This document shows positions 22,451 through 30,864 of a DNA stretch of 32,000 nt, in pieces; position 1 is the first letter of the stretch, and each line of letters starts with the position of its first letter. A program made the position numbers and the translations under genes. This DNA comes from Halalkalibacterium halodurans (GTDB lineage: Bacteria; Bacillota; Bacilli; Bacillales; Bacillaceae_D), in NCBI RefSeq assembly GCF_004376175.1, contig NZ_SNUY01000005.1:1-32000 (forward strand). The letters run 5' to 3'. The notes under the pieces are model-generated. The model saw nothing but the letters and a program-made list of their open reading frames with translations, had not been told where the DNA came from and made no database searches.

Positions 22451-23497
22451 TTACCTTTGAATAATCCTTCCACCGGCAGCTTTTTCTAGCCGATTCATGA
22501 TCGCCACCCCTATGCCTTCTCGAGGAAACGTTTCGCCTATTATGACATCCACCTTTTGTTCATCAAATTGGCGGAGCACGTGATATAAATTGTGCGCCAC
22601 CTCTGCTAGATCGTTCCTACTACCGACCGAGAGGATGACATCGGCATCGTAATCTTGTTTGTGTTCATCCGTTGCCATAATCCCCACTTTGAATTGCTTT
22701 TCTCGCCACTTATCCACAAACGTTTGAATCGCCGCTTGATTTTCAACAAGGGTCAATTCCCCTTCTGGTGCATAATGGGTATATTTCATGCCTGGAGATT
22801 TTGGTTGCTCGTCCTTCCCTAAAAGGGCTGGATCGATTCGAATCGGCCCGAGTACCGCTTCTAGCTGCTCCCTAGTCACCCCGCCTGGGCGATACAATAT
22901 CGGCGGTGTCGTCGTACAATCAATCACAGTCGATTCCACCCCTTCTGCTGTCGGTCCTCCATCGACAACACCCGCGATTTTGCCTCGTAAATCAGCAAGA
23001 ACATGAGTGGCTGACGTCGGACTCGGCTTACCTGATCGGTTTGCACTCGGCGCAGCGATTGGTACATTTGCGGCTTCAATAAGCGCTTGTGCAACAGGAT
23101 GACTCGGCATTCGAACTGCAACCGTGTCGAGTCCAGCTGTAACAACGGTTGATACTTCCTCTCCTTTCGGGAATATGATCGTCAGCGGACCCGGCCAAAA
23201 AGCATTAATCAACAGATTGGCCGAATCGGGGATATGCGAAACTAAACGTAGCAACTGTTCTTTCCTTGAAATGTGGACAATAAGTGGATTATCGCTCGGA
23301 CGCCCTTTCGCTATGAAGATTTTCTGTACCGCTTCATCAGACAAAGCATTCGCCCCTAGTCCATAAACGGTCTCTGTTGGTAAAGCCACAAGCTCACCTT
23401 TTTTTATCCACAACGCTGCTTCCTTGATTTCGTTACTGTTTTTATTGATATGTTGATTATTATCCACAATCCAGTGGTTCGTCTGTTTATAACTCAT
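22451..23497 (-). CDS. tsaC: L-threonylcarbamoyladenylate synthase (Sua5/YwlC type)
   Basis: 348 aa. YrdC-domain motifs LPTETVYGLGANA and KGRPSDNPLIVHI, plus a C-terminal Sua5 domain. Confidence 0.92.
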   Translation of the reverse strand: MSYKQTNHWIVDNNQHINKNSNEIKEAALWIKKGELVALPTETVYGLGANALSDEAVQKIFIAKGRPSDNPLIVHISRKEQLLRLVSHIPDSANLLINAFWPGPLTIIFPKGEEVSTVVTAGLDTVAVRMPSHPVAQALIEAANVPIAAPSANRSGKPSPTSATHVLADLRGKIAGVVDGGPTAEGVESTVIDCTTTPPILYRPGGVTREQLEAVLGPIRIDPALLGKDEQPKSPGMKYTHYAPEGELTLVENQAAIQTFVDKWREKQFKVGIMATDEHKQDYDADVILSVGSRNDLAEVAHNLYHVLRQFDEQKVDVIIGETFPREGIGVAIMNRLEKAAGGRIIQR

Positions 23498-23644
23498 CTT
23501 TTTTTCACTCCTATCCTTCCATTTTGCGTTTTCCCCTGCCCATTGTCAATGAAGAGAATTTCTGCAGCGATCACCTTGTTTTCATTCTATTTTTTTCACA
23601 ACAAAAAGATAGTTATCCACCCTATGTGAACAAACTGTGGATAA
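22710..23644. promoter_or_regulatory. DnaA-box cluster (four perfect TTATCCACA boxes plus near-consensus boxes)
   Basis: Perfect 9-mers lie on the plus strand at 22710-22718, 23404-23412 and 23460-23468, and on the minus strand at 23636-23644. An 8/9 box TTATCCACC lies at 23613-23621. The last two form the arms of the inverted repeat AGTTATCCAC/GTGGATAACT. Confidence 0.75.
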
Positions 23645-23672
23645 CTACCTCGATTTTACTTTCGTCTATTAG

Positions 23673-24110
23673 TTATAATTGGCATGAGAAGACAGCAATC
23701 TCTTTTGCAGCTGTTTGGCGGAAATGGCTTGAGGTTTTAATCGATTCAGGCAATTGATCTTGGTCCATTTGCTTAAATCCTAGGATCGCAAAGAGCTCAC
23801 TTGCTTGCTTCGCGCAAAGATATACAGTCTCTACACCTTTTTCCTTCGCATGGGCAAGAGCAACTTGGAGAAATTCCAGACTCCTATAGCTTGTCCAATT
23901 GGGAGCGTCAATGACGAGCGATCGAAGCAGCCCTTCCTTTCCGAAACACTCCACCCCTACCGTGCCAATTACTTGGTGATTCTCGTTCTCTACGACGAGA
24001 AAATCCTTGAGATGATCTTCCATCGCCCCTTCTTGCAATCCTGCTTTTGCGAGCAGACGCTGAATCGGTAGCAAGTCTTTTTCCGATGCTTTGCGAATCA
24101 CAAAACTCAC
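23673..24110 (-). CDS. ywlB: GNAT-family N-acetyltransferase (YwlB-like)
   Basis: About 145 aa. Acetyl-CoA-binding-like core LLRSLVID...RSLEFLQVALAHAKEKGVETVYL. Start uncertain: GTG at 24110 has the best SD spacing (AAGGG + 8 nt), while the track uses GTG at 24119. Position between spoIIR and tsaC. Confidence 0.75.
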   Translation of the reverse strand: MSFVIRKASEKDLLPIQRLLAKAGLQEGAMEDHLKDFLVVENENHQVIGTVGVECFGKEGLLRSLVIDAPNWTSYRSLEFLQVALAHAKEKGVETVYLCAKQASELFAILGFKQMDQDQLPESIKTSSHFRQTAAKEIAVFSCQL

Positions 24111-24164
24111 CGGCAACACCCTTTCTCTAGCCTATTGCTACCATTCTATGTGATAAAGGGATAA

Positions 24165-24797
24165 TTATGACGCTGTCCCAAAGATTCGTTCAATGATAGA
24201 AGAAAAGAGTTCAACGATAAAGAGCGAGACAACGACATCATCTTGTTCCTCTTCCACCTCTTCCTCTACTGTCTCTTCTTCATCAGATGCATCCACCGCG
24301 TCTCCGCTAGCCATATCAAGAAAACATAACGGCGGAAATAGTACACACCACCAGTTTTCACCGTTTCCTTCCCCTAACGTAATCAAAACAGTATCGTAAA
24401 TACCTGCTTGATAAACAATATTACCATATAGTTTTGTCGGAAACTGCGCTTGCGTAAAGGATACTGTGTAATCTTGTTCTAGCCCGAGGGCCGCTAATTC
24501 AGACTCTACCATTCGATCAATTTTCGGTAGATTTTCTCGGATCATTTGTTTTGCGTCATCCAAATCATCTAGCCCTGTCACCCATTCTGTGATTTGCCCG
24601 TTCACAACATCACGGATATTTCGCTTTACCATTTGGTCTTTAATCGCATCGCTGTTGGCAAGAATCCGTAAGCGTATTGCTTCTTCTTCCCCTACTTCTT
24701 GATGGTGGGCCAAAGCGGCATGGTAGCTTTGCGACTCGTATGATAACACTAACACAAAAAGAGAGAATAATAGATAGATAACAACCTTTTGATTCAT
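24165..24797 (-). CDS. spoIIR: Stage II sporulation protein R
   Basis: Start trimmed to ATG at 24797 (MNQKVVIYLLFSLFVLVLS signal; SD AAAGGTGG 8 nt upstream). Conserved IRLRILANSD and NWWCVLFPPLCF. Acidic C-terminal tail. Confidence 0.9.
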   Translation of the reverse strand: MNQKVVIYLLFSLFVLVLSYESQSYHAALAHHQEVGEEEAIRLRILANSDAIKDQMVKRNIRDVVNGQITEWVTGLDDLDDAKQMIRENLPKIDRMVESELAALGLEQDYTVSFTQAQFPTKLYGNIVYQAGIYDTVLITLGEGNGENWWCVLFPPLCFLDMASGDAVDASDEEETVEEEVEEEQDDVVVSLFIVELFSSIIERIFGTAS

Positions 24798-24878
24798 CTG
24801 AAAAACCACCTTTCGTCTTGTTCACAAGTCTCGACGAAGGTGGCTCTTTTTAAACGTGAATTGTTTCGACAAATTCGA

Positions 24879-25748
24879 CTAGTATGATGTCTCGTTCCAA
24901 TAGGCGAGGACGATTCGATCTTTGCCGTTTAGATCGTACAGAACGTCTACTGCCGCTTTCGGATAGGCTGTTTGCATAAGCTTTTTTACATCCATCCCTT
25001 GCCCAGTCCCAATTTCTAAAGCGACCATTCCTTTTTCCTCTTTCGTTAGGGCCGGAAGTTGACTCATGAGCCGCCTGTAAACATCAAGACCATCCACCCC
25101 ACCAAACAAGGCTAAGGCTGGTTCGTGGTCTCGGACATGGACCGCTAGCGTGTCCTTCTCCACCGTTGGGATATAAGGTGGATTTGAAACGATGACATCA
25201 AAGCGCTCCCCTGTCTTTAGAAATGGCTCTCCTAAATCGCCATGAATCAATTGGACGTTGGCTCCGAGCCTGCGCGCGTTATCAGCGGCCACTTGCAATG
25301 CATCGCGAGAAATATCAACTGCTGTCACATTGGTCCGTTCTTCTTCCAATGCTAATGTTACCGCGATCGCACCGCTTCCTGTACCAATATCTAAAATAGT
25401 GATCTCTTCCTCTTTCTTGAACTGACGACGAATCTCCTTCAACACTGCAAGCACTAACTCTTCTGTTTCCGGCCGAGGAATGAGTACGTGCTGATCCACT
25501 TGAAACTGCCGCCCGTAAAAAGATTCCACCCCTATAAGATGCTGGACTGGAACGCCTGAGGCATGAGCAGCTAAGTCCTCTTCTAGACGGTGGAAAAGCT
25601 CACCGTCAAGCTCTTCATGGAAGCTCGCCAAAAAGCGGGCGCGATCCATTTGTAAATAGTGTCGAAGCAACATCTCAGCGACTGGTTCTTCTAATTGACG
25701 CTCCCGCAAAAAAGAAAAAGCCCAGTGGAGGGCTTCATGGACTCGCAT
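24879..25748 (-). CDS. prmC: Peptide chain release factor N5-glutamine methyltransferase
   Basis: 289 aa. SAM motif ILDIGTGSGAIA and catalytic NPPY (VSNPPYI). Immediately downstream of prfA. Confidence 0.93.
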   Translation of the reverse strand: MRVHEALHWAFSFLRERQLEEPVAEMLLRHYLQMDRARFLASFHEELDGELFHRLEEDLAAHASGVPVQHLIGVESFYGRQFQVDQHVLIPRPETEELVLAVLKEIRRQFKKEEEITILDIGTGSGAIAVTLALEEERTNVTAVDISRDALQVAADNARRLGANVQLIHGDLGEPFLKTGERFDVIVSNPPYIPTVEKDTLAVHVRDHEPALALFGGVDGLDVYRRLMSQLPALTKEEKGMVALEIGTGQGMDVKKLMQTAYPKAAVDVLYDLNGKDRIVLAYWNETSY

Positions 25749-25752
25749 CGCC

Positions 25753-26823
25753 TTAATCTTCCTGCTGTTTCATGAGCTCTGCTTGCTCATGAACGATAAG
25801 CGATTCAATGATTTCATCGAGCTTTCCTTGGAGGATTTGCTCTAGCTTTTGCAGCGTCAAACCGATGCGGTGGTCGGTTACGCGGCTTTGCGGGAAGTTA
25901 TAAGTCCGAATCCGTTCTGAACGATCTCCGGTCCCAACGGCCGATTTTCGCGTTTGGTCGTATTCCGCTTGCGCCTCCTGTTGAAACTTATCGTAAATAC
26001 GAGCGCGAAGAACTTTCATCGCTTTTTCTTTATTTTTGATTTGTGACTTCTCGTCTTGACATGAAACCACGATCCCTGTCGGTAAGTGGGTCAAGCGGAC
26101 GGCAGACATTGTCGTATTAACACTTTGGCCTCCTGGACCACTGGAAGCGAATGTGTCCACACGAATGTCTTTTTCATGGATGTCTACTTCCACTTCCTCT
26201 GCCTCAGGTAACACGGCCACCGTCGCAGTCGATGTATGAATCCGGCCACCCGACTCCGTCTGTGGTACACGCTGAACGCGATGGGCTCCATTTTCATATT
26301 TTAATTTTGAATAAGCCCCTTTCCCATTGACAGAGAAGATAATCTCTTTGTAGCCACCGAGCTCAGTTGAAGAAGCTTCGATCACTTCGATTTTCCATCC
26401 TTGGGCTTCGGCATAGCGAGCGTACATTTTGTACAGGTCTGCCGCGAACAACTGGGCTTCATCGCCACCTGCTGCCCCGCGAATTTCGACGATTACGTTT
26501 TTATCATCGTTCGGATCTTTCGGAAGCAAGAGGACTTTTAATTTGGCTTCTAGGTCCTCTTTCCGTGTTGCAAGCTCATCAATTTCTTCTTTCACCATCG
26601 CGTACATCTCATCATCAAGCTTATCTTCGAGCATCTCTTTCGCATCTTGATATTGATCCATGACCGTTTTATACTCACGGTACACTTGGACCGTTTCTTC
26701 CATATCTGCTTGCTCTTTCGAATACTCACGTAGCTTATTCGAATCGCTAATGACCTCTGGGTCACTTAACAATTCATTTAATCGTTCATAACGCTCATCT
26801 AATGATTGCAAACGTTCAAACAC
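25753..26823 (-). CDS. prfA: Peptide chain release factor 1
   Basis: 356 aa with a GTG start and SD GAGGTG 7 nt upstream. GGQ motif [12 protein letters not shown] and PxT-type tripeptide context [17 protein letters not shown]. Confidence 0.97.
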   Translation of the reverse strand: MFERLQSLDERYERLNELLSDPEVISDSNKLREYSKEQADMEETVQVYREYKTVMDQYQDAKEMLEDKLDDEMYAMVKEEIDELATRKEDLEAKLKVLLLPKDPNDDKNVIVEIRGAAGGDEAQLFAADLYKMYARYAEAQGWKIEVIEASSTELGGYKEIIFSVNGKGAYSKLKYENGAHRVQRVPQTESGGRIHTSTATVAVLPEAEEVEVDIHEKDIRVDTFASSGPGGQSVNTTMSAVRLTHLPTGIVVSCQDEKSQIKNKEKAMKVLRARIYDKFQQEAQAEYDQTRKSAVGTGDRSERIRTYNFPQSRVTDHRIGLTLQKLEQILQGKLDEIIESLIVHEQAELMKQQED

Positions 26824-26853
26824 GCCAATTCACCTCATTTTCATAACATTGTC

Positions 26854-26882
26854 ATTATAGTATACGGGAAGTTCCCGGTCAA
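26854..26882 (-). promoter_or_regulatory. Sigma-A promoter for prfA-prmC
   Basis: Minus strand reads TTGACC (26877-26882), 17 nt spacer, TATAAT (26854-26859), about 30 nt upstream of the prfA start. Confidence 0.7.
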
Positions 26883-26960
26883 TCAGGCGTTCCCCTCGTT
26901 TCTTCTCGGCTTCATTAGGGTATAGTACAAGTAATGTTCTGTAAACAAGAGGTGAAAGCG

Positions 26961-28271
26961 ATGAAGTATGTTATCATTGGCGGCGATGCGGCAGGGATGA
27001 GTGCCGCGATGGAAATCGTTCGTAACGAGGAAGCAGCAAACATTACAACCTTGGAAATGGGCTCCATTTATTCATATGCCCAGTGCGGGTTACCTTATGT
27101 CGTTGGAGGGGTCATCCCTCAGACAGAAAAACTAATTGCCCGCACGATTGAAACATTTCGTAACAAATATGGAATCGATGCCAGAACCAATCATGAAGTG
27201 ACAAAGATTGATCCTGATTCAAAGCATGTGTACGGAGCTAACTTCGAGATTCCTTATGATAAGCTGCTGATCGCCACAGGTGCCCGCCCCCTTGTTCCCA
27301 ACTGGCCTGGTAGGACACTTGCCGGAATCCATACGATTAAAACGATCCCTGATACAGAAGTTTTACTCGCTGATTTAAAGGGAGAAATAAAAAATGTCGT
27401 CATCGTGGGCGGCGGGTATATCGGATTAGAAATGGCAGAGAATCTAGCCCTTACCGGTAAAAACGTAACCATAGTAGAAGCAAACGCTCAATTGGCGGCG
27501 ATTTTTGACCAGGAAATGGGGGAAATCATCCATCAGGAAGCTGAAAGAAAAGGAGTAACGCTCCGCCTTAAGGAAGAGGTAAAAGGGTTTGAAGGGACAG
27601 ATCGTGTACAAGCCGTTGTTACAAGTAGCGCAACCGTTCCAGCAGAGCTCGTCATCATTGCTATTGGCGTCGTACCCAATACAACGTTCCTTGAGGGCCA
27701 ACCTTTCCATCGCCACGAAAACAGCGCCCTGAAAGTAAATGCCTACATGGAGACTAACCTCCCAGACATTTATGCAGCGGGAGACTGTGCGACCCAGTAT
27801 CATCGCATTAAAAAGATGGATGACTACATACCATTAGGTACGCATGCGAATAAACAAGGACGGCTTGCTGGTTTAAATATGGTTGGGAAAAGGCGAGCCT
27901 TTGCCGGTGTAGTCGGAACCTCGATCATTAAATTTTTCGATTTATCCCTAGGGCGTACGGGACTTTCAGAGAAGGAGACGAGAGATGCTCGGCTTCCAGC
28001 ATCGTCGATTACCTTTGACGGGCGTGACATCGCCGGATACTACCCAGGAGCCGAACCTTTAAAAATCAAGCTCGTTTACCATTCAGAAACGAACCAACTT
28101 CTAGGAGGCCAAGTGATTGGTACGAACGGTGTGGCCAAACGGGTCGATGTCCTCGCGACAGCCCTTTATCAACAGCTAACCTTAGAGGAGTTGCTCGACC
28201 TTGATCTTTCCTATGCCCCTCCTTTTAACGGCGTATGGGACCCGATCCAACAAGCAGCCCGTCGAGCGTAA
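26961..28271 (+). CDS. CoA-disulfide reductase / NADH oxidase family FAD-dependent oxidoreductase
   Basis: Start trimmed to ATG at 26961 (MKYVIIGGDAAGMSAA dinucleotide fold; SD AGAGGTGAAAG). Single redox Cys context SYAQCGLPYVVGG. Second Rossmann motif VVIVGGGYIGLEMAE. Length 436 aa. Confidence 0.85.
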   Translation: MKYVIIGGDAAGMSAAMEIVRNEEAANITTLEMGSIYSYAQCGLPYVVGGVIPQTEKLIARTIETFRNKYGIDARTNHEVTKIDPDSKHVYGANFEIPYDKLLIATGARPLVPNWPGRTLAGIHTIKTIPDTEVLLADLKGEIKNVVIVGGGYIGLEMAENLALTGKNVTIVEANAQLAAIFDQEMGEIIHQEAERKGVTLRLKEEVKGFEGTDRVQAVVTSSATVPAELVIIAIGVVPNTTFLEGQPFHRHENSALKVNAYMETNLPDIYAAGDCATQYHRIKKMDDYIPLGTHANKQGRLAGLNMVGKRRAFAGVVGTSIIKFFDLSLGRTGLSEKETRDARLPASSITFDGRDIAGYYPGAEPLKIKLVYHSETNQLLGGQVIGTNGVAKRVDVLATALYQQLTLEELLDLDLSYAPPFNGVWDPIQQAARRA

Positions 28272-28475
28272 AGAGAGCTTTTCTTCCTTAAACTAAGCAA
28301 AGGCGCCGACTCTTAAGAGTAAGCGGTCAATGAACACGAACATAGGCTACCATTCAGTGGGAGATGGGAGACAACACCTTACCGAATGGAGTTTCACTTT
28401 ATTTGCAGGTCAAAAGAAGGATTTTCTCCTATCCATCGCGAACCTATGAACAGCTTACATAGAGGAGGACTACAA

Positions 28476-29027
28476 GTGTCAAAAGCATTGATTGTCATTG
28501 ATTACACTAATGATTTTATTGCTGATGATGGAGCGCTCACGTGTGGTGAACCTGGTCAGGCAATCGAACCTTATATCGCTCAACTCATCCACACATTCGT
28601 TGCTGAACAGCATTATGTTGTATATGCCACTGACATCCATCATGCCGATGATGTCCACCACCCAGAAATGAAGCTGTTTCCGCCCCACAATTTGGAGGGC
28701 AGCGAAGGTCGCCACTTATACGGATCGTTACAAGAACAATTCGAGAGCATCCGAGAGCTACCATTTGTGAACTGGATCGATAAGACTCGGTACTCTGCGT
28801 TTGCCGGCACCGATCTAGAACTTCGTTTACGGGAACGAGGCATCCGTGAACTCCACCTCGTCGGTGTTTGTACCGACATTTGTGTCCTCCATACAGCTGT
28901 CGACGCATATAACAAAGGGTTTTCTCTTGTGATCCATGAAAGAGGGGTCGCTAGCTTTAACGAAGTAGGTCACAAGTGGGCTCTCGGTCACTTTAAGAGC
29001 TCGCTAGGTGCAGACGTTCGCTCATGA
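28476..29027 (+). CDS. pncA: Nicotinamidase/pyrazinamidase (isochorismatase family)
   Basis: Start trimmed to GTG at 28476 (SD AGAGGAGGA 6 nt upstream), giving 183 aa. SKALIVIDYTNDFIADDGALTCGEPG...TRYSAFAGTDLELRLRERGI..LHLVGVCTDICVLHTAVDAYNKGF aligns closely with B. subtilis PncA as recalled. Confidence 0.9.
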   Translation: MSKALIVIDYTNDFIADDGALTCGEPGQAIEPYIAQLIHTFVAEQHYVVYATDIHHADDVHHPEMKLFPPHNLEGSEGRHLYGSLQEQFESIRELPFVNWIDKTRYSAFAGTDLELRLRERGIRELHLVGVCTDICVLHTAVDAYNKGFSLVIHERGVASFNEVGHKWALGHFKSSLGADVRS

Positions 29028-29167
29028 GGAACAAAGGGGATAACACCTGAACACATCTCTTCTAAAGAAGACTTCGTGAGAGTCCCGTTCCTTTTATACT
29101 CGATCGCTATAAAACCTTGACTTATCCGAAGTCTTCATGGCATCAATAAACAGTAACTCCCTAAACT

Positions 29168-29208
29168 TAAAAAGAGGATGACGCAAAAAAAGCGTCACCC
29201 ACCTTTTT
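29168..29208. terminator. Bidirectional terminator between pncA and the convergent lipoprotein gene
   Basis: GGATGACGC (29176-29184) pairs with GCGTCACCC (29192-29200) with one mismatch and an A7 loop. T-runs flank it on both strands. It overlaps the lipoprotein stop codon. Confidence 0.55.
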
Positions 29209-29650
29209 GAGATAAATGGACTTGGTACCGAGGAATCTGACGCTGCATGTCTTCGCGCAGGTCGTTCATGATTTTATTTCTTTGCTCTTTCTTCATGTTA
29301 CGTGGAAATTCCACATTCACCCACGCGTGGCTCCCTGCTGTCATAACCATGCTCGAGCGCAAGCCGTGCTCGTCTTGGATAATGCTGCGAATCGTTTCAA
29401 TATCCGTTGCAATCGTCGGCCTCGTTTCGTATGCCGTTCGGAAACTCGGACCCGAATTTTGCTCACGCGCATCTGGGGCAATGGACCGCTTATAAATGTT
29501 GTCGTAGTTAGCAGGCCCCGGCCCTAATAAGCCATACGTTACTTGACCGGCTGGGGGCTCGTTTAGCCCTTGCGCTTGTGGGCGTTCCATTTCTCTACAG
29601 CCTACAAGGCATGTAAGGGCCACCATGCAAGCAATCCATCCTTTTCTCAT
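29195..29650 (-). CDS. Lipoprotein, possibly YhcN/YlaJ-family sporulation lipoprotein
   Basis: Lipobox MRKGWIACMVALTCLVGC. The C-terminal half (AWVNVEFPRNMKKEQRNKIMNDLREDMQRQIPRYQVHLS) resembles the YhcN/YlaJ pattern. SD GGAGGTG upstream. Confidence 0.55.
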   Translation of the reverse strand: MRKGWIACMVALTCLVGCREMERPQAQGLNEPPAGQVTYGLLGPGPANYDNIYKRSIAPDAREQNSGPSFRTAYETRPTIATDIETIRSIIQDEHGLRSSMVMTAGSHAWVNVEFPRNMKKEQRNKIMNDLREDMQRQIPRYQVHLSQKGG

Positions 29651-29730
29651 AAAAAGGGCACCTCCATTATGCAGAATGTAAAGCTCTGCATGCTTAGGGT
29701 ACCCGTTGACAGCTATGATTGTGTTCGTTA

Positions 29731-30345
29731 CTATTCGCCAGAAGAAGCGGTTTCTGGTAATTTGCTCGGCTTATTCGTTACTTGATGACAATGACGACAG
29801 CGCGGCTCATAGGCTTCTGCTGCTCCGACTAAAATGATTGGATCATGATAAGAAGCCGGCTTACCATCAATGAGCCGTTGTGTTCGGCTTGCTGGCGAGC
29901 CACATACTGGGCAAATGGCTTGAAGCTTGGTTACATACTCAGCCATAGCCATTAATGTACGCGTCGGCTCAAAAGGCTCTCCGCGAAAGTCCTGATCCAA
30001 TCCAGCACAAATGACACGAACCCCGTGATCTGCTAAATAATCGACAACACCGATGACGTCTTCATCAAAAAACTGTACTTCATCAATGGCAACAATATCT
30101 GTATCTTCACTCCACTGCTCAAGAATGGACATCGCCCGTTCAACTGGTATGGCACACACTTTGTTTCCATTATGCGAAACGACTTCCTGTTCACTATACC
30201 GATTGTCAATCGCTGGCTTAAACACTTGCACTTTTAGTCGGCCGTAAGTCGCACGACGAACCCGACGGATAAGCTCTTCCGATTTCCCAGAAAACATGCT
30301 TCCACAGATGACCTCGATCCAGCCTTCTTTATGTATCATTTGCAT
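29731..30345 (-). CDS. tdk: Thymidine kinase
   Basis: Start trimmed to ATG at 30345 ([34 protein letters not shown]; SD AAGGTGGGGA). Walker A GSMFSGKS; zinc-ribbon cysteines CPVCG...CRHCH. Confidence 0.93.
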   Translation of the reverse strand: MQMIHKEGWIEVICGSMFSGKSEELIRRVRRATYGRLKVQVFKPAIDNRYSEQEVVSHNGNKVCAIPVERAMSILEQWSEDTDIVAIDEVQFFDEDVIGVVDYLADHGVRVICAGLDQDFRGEPFEPTRTLMAMAEYVTKLQAICPVCGSPASRTQRLIDGKPASYHDPIILVGAAEAYEPRCRHCHQVTNKPSKLPETASSGE

Positions 30346-30462
30346 CGTTGTCCCCACCTTACCGAAACAATTTTTTCTATTTGTGAAGGAAAAACGAGTG
30401 CATCGCCTCTCCCTATTCCTTATGTCATCATCAACCGATCCGTTCCTTTTTCCTTTCATGAA

Positions 30463-30495
30463 GAAAAAAACAGGCACCGAATTGCGCGTGCCTGT
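30463..30495 (-). terminator. Rho-independent terminator after rpmE
   Basis: Minus strand reads ACAGGCAC-gcgcaauucg-GUGCCUGU followed by TTTTTTT, 12 nt after the rpmE stop. Confidence 0.85.
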
Positions 30496-30507
30496 TGGTT
30501 GTACGGT

Positions 30508-30753
30508 TTACTTAAGGTTGTATTTTTTCTTAAAGCGGTCAACACGGCCACCAGCGTCAGCAAGTTTTTGCTTGCCAGTGTAGAATGGGTGAGAGTCAGA
30601 GCTAATCTCGACTTTGATTAATGGATAAGTGTTTCCATCTTCCCACTCAATGGTTTCGTTTGACGTTTTCGTCGAACCGCTTAGAAATTTAAAACCTGTG
30701 CTCGTATCCATAAATACAACTTTCTTGTAATCTGGATGGATTCCTGGTTTCAT
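30508..30753 (-). CDS. rpmE: 50S ribosomal protein L31, type B (Cys-less)
   Basis: Start trimmed to ATG at 30753 ([28 protein letters not shown]...[12 protein letters not shown]...[13 protein letters not shown]), giving 81 aa. It contains no cysteine. SD AAAGGAG upstream. Confidence 0.9.
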   Translation of the reverse strand: MKPGIHPDYKKVVFMDTSTGFKFLSGSTKTSNETIEWEDGNTYPLIKVEISSDSHPFYTGKQKLADAGGRVDRFKKKYNLK

Positions 30754-30817
30754 CCTTTTCAACTCCTTTATGCCCTGATTCTTTCGAAACAGAGTTTTCT
30801 CAATCACACATGACGAA

Positions 30818-30846
30818 ATTATATCAAGCCTGCGAAGGGATTGCAA
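30818..30846 (-). promoter_or_regulatory. Sigma-A promoter for rpmE
   Basis: Minus strand reads TTGCAA (30841-30846), 17 nt spacer, TATAAT (30818-30823), in the rho-rpmE spacer. Confidence 0.7.
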
Positions 30847-30864
30847 CCGAATTTTTTAGGTAGC

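Noticed and set aside
24810-24878. Hairpin UUCG-aga-CUUG-UGAA-CAAG-a-CGAA between prmC and spoIIR, considered as a terminator
   Set aside because: No U-tract follows it, and it overlaps the spoIIR SD region. It is more likely part of the spoIIR promoter or leader, and the evidence is insufficient to call it a feature.
30754-30817. Zur box controlling the type B L31 gene
   Set aside because: The best candidate, TTCGTCATGTGTGATTGA, is a poor match to the TCGTAATnATTACGA-type palindrome.
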